Origin: an uncultured Vicinamibacteraceae bacterium
GTDB taxonomy: Bacteria > Acidobacteriota > Vicinamibacteria > Vicinamibacterales > UBA8438
Assembly: GCA_964634175.1 (NCBI GenBank)
Contig: CAZWIL010000003.1
Span: 1-41,308, forward strand
DNA: 41,308 bases
Reading direction: 5' to 3'
Position numbers and translations under genes: made by a program. The notes below the pieces were generated by a model. That model was not told where the DNA came from. It did not search any database and saw only the letters and a program-made list of their open reading frames with translations. Below are positions 35,962-41,308 of the stretch, in pieces; the first letter of the stretch is position 1, and the number at the start of each line of letters is the position of its first letter.

Positions 35962-37023
35962 TTGTCGAAACGGCGGTTTCAGAAAGTTAGGATAAAGAAA
36001 CTCAGAATGGCTCGCAGTGGCGAAGTGATCCGTCAGTGGCGTCTCCTCCGTGAAATAGAGGCATCGCGAGGAGTTACGATTCGCAACATGGCCGAACTCG
36101 CGGGAGTCACAACCCGAACAATTCGTCGAGATCTCGACGCCCTTCAAGAAGCAGGGTTTGCTCTCTATGATGAAATGTACGAGGGGCAGAAACGTTGGAA
36201 ACTACGTAGTCGTCCGTTCAATGGACTGGAAGATACAAGCTTCACACTCGGGGAACTCTCGGCGTTGTATTTCAGTCGAACTGTCATGGAATGTCTGACT
36301 GGAACACCGTTCCAAGACGATTTGCGCCAAGCGTTTGCCAAACTCGAGGAAGCACTTGGGCCAAGAATGCAGGCTTTTCTTGACCGCTTGCCTGCCGCGA
36401 TCGATGCGAAGTCAATTCCGACGCCCGCCGGCGACAGTTTGGAACAGCGTCGCACAATTGGCCAACTGCTGGACGCCGTACTCCATCAACAGCGGTTGGT
36501 AATGCGATATCACTCATTCTCAAGCGGTCGCGAAAAGTCCTACCGCGTTGACCCCTACCGGCTAGTTTACGCACAAGGTGGACTCTATTTGTTTGCTTAC
36601 GTTTCCGCGTATCGGCAAATGCGGACGTTCGCCATCGACCGGATAAAACACCTGACGGTACTCGACGAAAAATTCCAAGTGGTTGAAGATATTGGAGAAA
36701 CTACATTTCCCCACTCAATAGGCATCCATGACGGTGAACCAGAACAGGTCAAAATCCAGTTTTCCTCGCAGGCAGCACCTTATATCCAAGAACGAGTGTG
36801 GCACTCCTCTCAAACAATCGAACCTCAGGCCGATAGCTCAATCATTCTCATCTTAGACGTCTGTATAGATGCGACACTTCGAAGTTGGATTTTGGGCTTC
36901 GGTCCTCTCGCCAAGGTGGTCTGGCCTACTCACTTGGCAACGAGTATCGCTGAGGCACTATCAACCGCACACAACCGGTATCAATCGAATGGCGGAGACC
37001 AAACCCGTCGCCACAACAGATAA
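35962..37023 (+). CDS. WYL domain transcriptional regulator (HTH - WYL - C-terminal extension)
   Basis: The track ORF starts at a TTG at 35962. The probable start is the ATG at 36007 (MARSGEVIRQWRLL). The HTH reads IRNMAELAGVTTRTIRRDLDALQEAGF. The WYL core reads YRVDPYRLVYAQGGLYLFAY...RTFAIDRI. Confidence 0.85.
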   Translation: MSKRRFQKVRIKKLRMARSGEVIRQWRLLREIEASRGVTIRNMAELAGVTTRTIRRDLDALQEAGFALYDEMYEGQKRWKLRSRPFNGLEDTSFTLGELSALYFSRTVMECLTGTPFQDDLRQAFAKLEEALGPRMQAFLDRLPAAIDAKSIPTPAGDSLEQRRTIGQLLDAVLHQQRLVMRYHSFSSGREKSYRVDPYRLVYAQGGLYLFAYVSAYRQMRTFAIDRIKHLTVLDEKFQVVEDIGETTFPHSIGIHDGEPEQVKIQFSSQAAPYIQERVWHSSQTIEPQADSSIILILDVCIDATLRSWILGFGPLAKVVWPTHLATSIAEALSTAHNRYQSNGGDQTRRHNR

Positions 37024-37025
37024 CC

Positions 37026-38819
37026 ATGGCAGCGTCAGAACCAGCCCAAGAAAAACGGGTCCTCCGCGGTACGATACTTGCCATCACTATCGCCATCGTC
37101 AGCGGTGCGGCAACTTGGTTGATTACACGGCAACCACCAGAGAGCCCACCTCCCATGCAGGCCTTGAACGTCAGGCTACCAGATAGCCACACCCTGACCG
37201 AGGTAACAATTGCCCCGGATGGCTCACAACTTGTTTACGCCGCAATTACCAATGGCCATAGCAGTTTATTCCTCCGTTCATTCAGTACATTTTCAGTCGA
37301 ACCAATTCCTGGCACTGAGCATGCAACTCAACCCTTCTTTTCTCCGGACGGTTCTCGGGTCGGATTTTTTGCTTCGGGCTTTCTTCGGTGGGTAGCACTT
37401 GACGGCGGTTCACCAGTCTCGATCACCGCAGTCGACGGCGAAACCGCAGGGGCAGCCTGGGGAACAGATAATCACATTATCTTTGCTCCCCTCGGCGGTC
37501 GTGGCCTTCAGCGTGTATCTGCCGACCCCACCGGGAACCCACCGAATCCGGCCGTCACTCAAGTCAGTGAACTGGACAAGGAATCTGGTGAAGTCTCGCA
37601 CGGTTGGCCCGTCCTCCTTCCTGGACACCAGTCGATCATCTTCACCGTGGGACGCTTTGACCGGGACCCGCGACTTGCGTGGATGAACTTTAATTCGTCA
37701 GACCGCGAACTGATTATGCCGACGGACGGGGCAGCGGTCTACGTGGATTCTGGTCATTTGGTATTCGCCCGCCGAGGCGAACTCTTCGCAACACCGATCG
37801 ACGTCATAAACCAAGAAGTAGCAGGCCCGACGCGGTTGGTGGCCACCGGCGTGCAGAGTACTGCAGTCGGATTCGACCTCCTCGGCTGGTCAAACCTCTC
37901 GGCAGCCCGAAACGGACGCTTAATCTATACCGCTGAGCACTCTAGCGTATCTGCCGACAATCTTCTGGTCTGGGTAGACAGAAATGGAACAGTATCTGAC
38001 ATCGATGGTGTGGCAGCTGCACATCACACACCACGTGTCGCTTCCGACGAGTCAGCAATTACGATGACTGTTCGGAGTGGGACCTTTACTCGTGACCTAT
38101 GGGTTTATGACATCGCTGACGACCAACGCCGACAGGTTACCCAAGCAGCCGGTGACAACCACTCACCTATCTGGTCGAACGATAACCAATGGATCACCTT
38201 TGCATCGAACAGAGGCGGTCCCCAAAGCGTTTACCGTGTCGCACGCGGAAACTACAGTAGAGTTGAACCACTGTTATCAGGCGACGGTCGAACACCAGGT
38301 TCGTGGTCACCTGACGACACACACCTTTTCTTTCACGAGCGGGGACAAGATCGCAGACGCGACATCTGGGTCTGGAATCCTCAGAGCGGCGAAGAACAAC
38401 TCCTTCTGGGAACGACTGCCAACGAGAGAAGTCCTGCCATTTCACCAAATGGTACATGGCTGGCGTACGTTTCGGACGCGGACGGTGGAAACCAGATATA
38501 TCTCCGGTCTGTTGTAGGTGAATCCAATACACGGATCTCATTGGCAGGCGGGGTCGAACCTGTTTGGTCGGGAAACGGCGCTGAATTATTTTACCGCCGG
38601 GGACACAACCTCTTGTCGGTGGCGATCGATCGAGACACCGGAGTGCCATCGCGGGCCCAACATCAGTTCGCGGGACTGTTTGTAAACGACCCCGGTGGAA
38701 ATGTGCCGGCCTACGATGTCAGTGAAGACGGGTCTCGATTTCTGATGCTTCGACCCATTTCGACAGTCAATAGACTCGCTGTTGTCGATCATTGGCAGTC
38801 GACAGTCTTTACGGAGTGA
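37026..38819 (+). CDS. Membrane-anchored TolB-like (PD40/WD40-like) beta-propeller protein
   Basis: 597 aa. A single N-terminal TM reads GTILAITIAIVSGAATWLI. Repeated PD40-type strings are FFSPDGSRVGFFA, SPIWSNDNQWITFASNRGG, WSPDDTHLFF, SPAISPNGTWLAYVSDADGGNQIY and PVWSGNGAELFY. Its ATG lies 2 nt after the WYL gene stop. Confidence 0.8.
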   Translation: MAASEPAQEKRVLRGTILAITIAIVSGAATWLITRQPPESPPPMQALNVRLPDSHTLTEVTIAPDGSQLVYAAITNGHSSLFLRSFSTFSVEPIPGTEHATQPFFSPDGSRVGFFASGFLRWVALDGGSPVSITAVDGETAGAAWGTDNHIIFAPLGGRGLQRVSADPTGNPPNPAVTQVSELDKESGEVSHGWPVLLPGHQSIIFTVGRFDRDPRLAWMNFNSSDRELIMPTDGAAVYVDSGHLVFARRGELFATPIDVINQEVAGPTRLVATGVQSTAVGFDLLGWSNLSAARNGRLIYTAEHSSVSADNLLVWVDRNGTVSDIDGVAAAHHTPRVASDESAITMTVRSGTFTRDLWVYDIADDQRRQVTQAAGDNHSPIWSNDNQWITFASNRGGPQSVYRVARGNYSRVEPLLSGDGRTPGSWSPDDTHLFFHERGQDRRRDIWVWNPQSGEEQLLLGTTANERSPAISPNGTWLAYVSDADGGNQIYLRSVVGESNTRISLAGGVEPVWSGNGAELFYRRGHNLLSVAIDRDTGVPSRAQHQFAGLFVNDPGGNVPAYDVSEDGSRFLMLRPISTVNRLAVVDHWQSTVFTE

Positions 38820-38844
38820 TCTTTCGTAAAACCAAGAAACTCCT

Positions 38845-38880
38845 GCGACAAAAACACAAGCTTCCATCAAGATTTGTCGC
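38845..38880. terminator. Possible bidirectional hairpin between convergent genes
   Basis: GCGACAAA (38845-38852) pairs with TTTGTCGC (38873-38880), an 8-bp stem. The 20-nt loop is large, so support is weak. Confidence 0.25.
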
Positions 38881-38908
38881 GGATTACTCGAACCTAACTC
38901 GATGTTTC

Positions 38909-39859
38909 TTATTCGTCTTCGGCTGAAAGTACCCGTGCCCCAGTCGTGTTAACACGTCCAACGAAACGGTCGCTGGTGACTCCGGCCTTCAGAAACGCCT
39001 GTTGCATCGTCTCGGCAATCCTCTCCGCTGGACCATCAGCAGCAGCAAAAGCAAAGACAGAAGGACCTGAGCCAGAGATTGAGCATCCCAACGCACCTGC
39101 GGCAAGAGCAGCGGTTTTTACTTCCGCGAAGCCAGTTACAAGGGGAGCACGAATTGGCTCAACCAAGGCATCATGAATACTGCGGCCAAACAACATGAGA
39201 TCTCCGGAGTGCAAGGCAGCTACAAACGCGGCAACGTTACCAAGATTGGTCACAGCTTGTTTAATAGTGAAATGTCGGTCAGCGACAAGTTGTCGCGCCA
39301 TCGAGGTCTGTACTTGCGCGTGCGGATGAATCACGACGATTCTCAATGCTTCAGGCACCGGTAACGACACAAGGTCCAGAGGAGCATAACTTCGAATCAG
39401 GACAATCCCCCCCAGTAGACTGGGTGCGACATTGTCCGCATGAGCGGTGCCAGAAACTGCCTTTTCTCCCTCCAGTGCACAATCAACCAACGCGTGACGC
39501 GATAGACCCCCAGCGCATAATTCATTAACAACCACCGCACCAGCAACGCTACTCGCGGCCGAGCTGCCGAGGCCACTCGCCAACGGCATCCGTTTGTGCA
39601 CCCAAAGTCGCACACCTGTCCGTTTAGCAGGTTCAATCCGGTCCAACACGGCCTGCGCCGCAATAGCAGCGGTGTTCTGGGAAGAATCAGCGCTCAGCGT
39701 TGGCGCGCCTGTAACTTCAACAATTTCGACACCGGTAGCCTCAGAACGCTCAGCCTCGACGATATCGCCAGGCTTTTCGAGCGCAAGGCCAAGCACGTCA
39801 AACCCTGGGCCAAGATTCGATGCAGATGCTGGAGCAAAAACTCGAAGACGATTCTTCAT
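38909..39859 (-). CDS. thrB: Homoserine kinase
   Basis: 316 aa. GHMP kinase motifs are NLGPGFDVLGLAL and PLASGLGSSAASSVAG. Length and C-terminal pattern fit ThrB. Confidence 0.88.
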   Translation of the reverse strand: MKNRLRVFAPASASNLGPGFDVLGLALEKPGDIVEAERSEATGVEIVEVTGAPTLSADSSQNTAAIAAQAVLDRIEPAKRTGVRLWVHKRMPLASGLGSSAASSVAGAVVVNELCAGGLSRHALVDCALEGEKAVSGTAHADNVAPSLLGGIVLIRSYAPLDLVSLPVPEALRIVVIHPHAQVQTSMARQLVADRHFTIKQAVTNLGNVAAFVAALHSGDLMLFGRSIHDALVEPIRAPLVTGFAEVKTAALAAGALGCSISGSGPSVFAFAAADGPAERIAETMQQAFLKAGVTSDRFVGRVNTTGARVLSAEDE

Positions 39860-39882
39860 CCGCAGGACACCGTGTTAAATGA

Positions 39883-39947
39883 GTCTGTGGTCAACCCCGA
39901 GTCTCAGTCTCGAGACACTCTCGGTGCGACCACAGACTGATTAGTCT
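39883..39947 (-). promoter_or_regulatory. Nested palindromes / long stem-loop in the thrB leader
   Basis: The outer 10-bp stem is GTCTGTGGTC (39883-39892) with GACCACAGAC (39928-39937). The inner stem is CCGAG/CTCGG, around the GTCTCGAGAC palindrome. AGACTgattAGTCT (39934-39947) overlaps the 3' arm. No U-tract follows on the transcribed strand. Confidence 0.4.
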
Positions 39948-39973
39948 ACAGCGACCTACGGTCTAGACGAAGA

Positions 39974-41308
39974 CTATGGTCGCGTCGATTCTGTCTCCGC
40001 TGCCTCTTCCAATACTGAAATCTCAAAGGCACTACCGTGAAGCGGCAGCACATTTTCGACCCGCCACTCGCGATCGCTGATTGTTCGCAGCAAATTCGCT
40101 GCAAACGGCGCCGTCCTATAGGTCGGCGCGTACAGGTCTACCTCGACGAGAGTTCTCTCGCGTGGAAGATACGCCACTAACATCGCATCCGTATGCGCGT
40201 CAGGACGAACGCGAGCGATCTCCAGTGTGCGACGGCCCTCACCTAGTTCGTAGACCTCGTTTGCCACCAGTTCCAGAACGAGCTCCTGAGGATTATTCGC
40301 CAACGCGTCAGGCATGATCGTGTGCGGGCGTTGGGCGATTTCCTGATAGAACTCCGCGTTGCTCTCGTGAGTGACCACGGTCAGGCCCTCGCTGATCGCA
40401 GCCCGAATACCGCCCGCGTGGTCAAAGTGGTGGTGGGTGTTGACTACGTATTGAAGCGGTTTCTCAGGCTGTAGTTCTCGCGCTGCAGCAATAACGGCAA
40501 GCGTGCGCGCGTCATTCTGTGGCGCCTCGACCAAGGCGAGATATTCATCGAACTCAACGAGCAAACTATGATGAGACTGGCCGGCCAGTAACCACAGTCC
40601 ATCGCCGACCTCTTCAACTTGTACATCAGCTCGGAACTCTGGAACGGGCGCGGTCTGTGCCTCCCCAGGCGCACTAAGGTCATCCAGTTCCCGATTAGTC
40701 GCAGAGTCGACCCGAAGCTCCCAAATCGTGAAATCGTCAATTGAGGAACCAATCCCACGAGGAAGAGTCAGACGTGCTGCAAATCCTCCGAATCCACCGG
40801 TTTCAAAATAATCCTCGAAGTGGGTAGCCCGCGTCACATCCCCGAGAACGGTGTCATACCCCGTGGTGGCAATAGTGGTCGGGAACTTAGTGGTTGAGTC
40901 AACATACATCGTGTAGGTCTGCCCACCTGGTGCCGTGATGTCAACAACGTCCTGCCCATCCTCTTGACGAAGGTTGCCCACCACGGTCCCTTCCGTGAGC
41001 GCAAGGTTAATAAGCGCAGCTGGGTGGTCATATAGGTCAACTTGGCGTTCCATGGCCACCTTGGCCGAAGCGCGACTCACCGCACCATCCTCTGTAATGT
41101 TGTATGCGACATCGCCGTCGCTCCCAGTCGTCTGCTGTCTTCCGTTTATCGGATTCCCGGTTAGATACGAAGACGTCCGACGCTCAACCACTCGCCAGGT
41201 GTTGTTCACCAAATCGATTTCACGAACATATGAATCAATTGAAAAATAGGGCAGTGGGTTAGCCGGAGAGGTATTCTGGCCCAGACGATACAGTCGCCCA
41301 TCGCCCTC
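39974..41308 (-). CDS. MBL-fold metallo-hydrolase with a large N-terminal extra domain, 5'-truncated by the window edge
   Basis: It carries the HxHxDH motif (NTHHHFDHAGG). The track start at 41212 is a TTG. I translated the same frame upstream (…EGDGRLYRLGQNTSPANPLPYFSIDSYVREID-L…) and found no stop up to 41308, so the gene probably continues beyond the window. Confidence 0.8.
   Translation of the reverse strand, partial: EGDGRLYRLGQNTSPANPLPYFSIDSYVREIDLVNNTWRVVERRTSSYLTGNPINGRQQTTGSDGDVAYNITEDGAVSRASAKVAMERQVDLYDHPAALINLALTEGTVVGNLRQEDGQDVVDITAPGGQTYTMYVDSTTKFPTTIATTGYDTVLGDVTRATHFEDYFETGGFGGFAARLTLPRGIGSSIDDFTIWELRVDSATNRELDDLSAPGEAQTAPVPEFRADVQVEEVGDGLWLLAGQSHHSLLVEFDEYLALVEAPQNDARTLAVIAAARELQPEKPLQYVVNTHHHFDHAGGIRAAISEGLTVVTHESNAEFYQEIAQRPHTIMPDALANNPQELVLELVANEVYELGEGRRTLEIARVRPDAHTDAMLVAYLPRERTLVEVDLYAPTYRTAPFAANLLRTISDREWRVENVLPLHGSAFEISVLEEAAETESTRP

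Overview
Bacterial chromosomal window, probably from a diderm organism: it encodes an OMP-like barrel ending in Phe, lipoprotein and Tat signals, and many envelope proteins. The phylum cannot be determined by eye. Coding density is high: about 36 CDS plus one tRNA-Gln(CUG). I found no integrase, transposase, CRISPR array, rRNA or prophage signature. All domain calls come from motifs read in the supplied translations; no searches were run. The window has four blocks. (1) 1-8644 is a lipid-modification and photo-oxidative-stress type cluster. It encodes a DUF523 fragment, DUF1365, an FAD amine-oxidase-like enzyme, two tandem CFA-synthase-like methyltransferases, DUF1475, DUF1295, an SRPBCC protein, an XRE-cupin regulator and an SRPBCC-SDR fusion. 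It resembles the furan-fatty-acid (ufa) locus type. (2) 8710-16848 holds tRNA-Gln and mixed envelope and housekeeping genes: rhomboid-TPR, a LMW-phosphatase/ArsC-like protein, a KamA-like radical SAM enzyme, a Ste24/M48 protease, an M28 lipoprotein peptidase, a Tat-signal DapA-family protein and a carboxylesterase. (3) 16855-30566 is a roughly 14 kb co-directional, translationally coupled MoxR / DUF58 / VWA (Bat-like) supercluster with unusual partners. These are three DUF4159 paralogs, a 1173-aa DUF4175-like low-complexity/coiled-coil protein, a second VWA membrane protein and a secreted legumain/caspase-fold protein whose catalytic Cys position reads Ser. This is my best candidate for a poorly or un-described system. 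(4) 30647-41308 holds an OMP plus a Gly/aromatic-rich secreted protein, a membrane-anchored glutaminyl cyclase, a GltB-like FMN protein, a compact module (basic zinc-ribbon protein, divergent WYL regulator, membrane-anchored TolB-like propeller) that is my second candidate, then thrB and an MBL-fold hydrolase that runs off the window edge.
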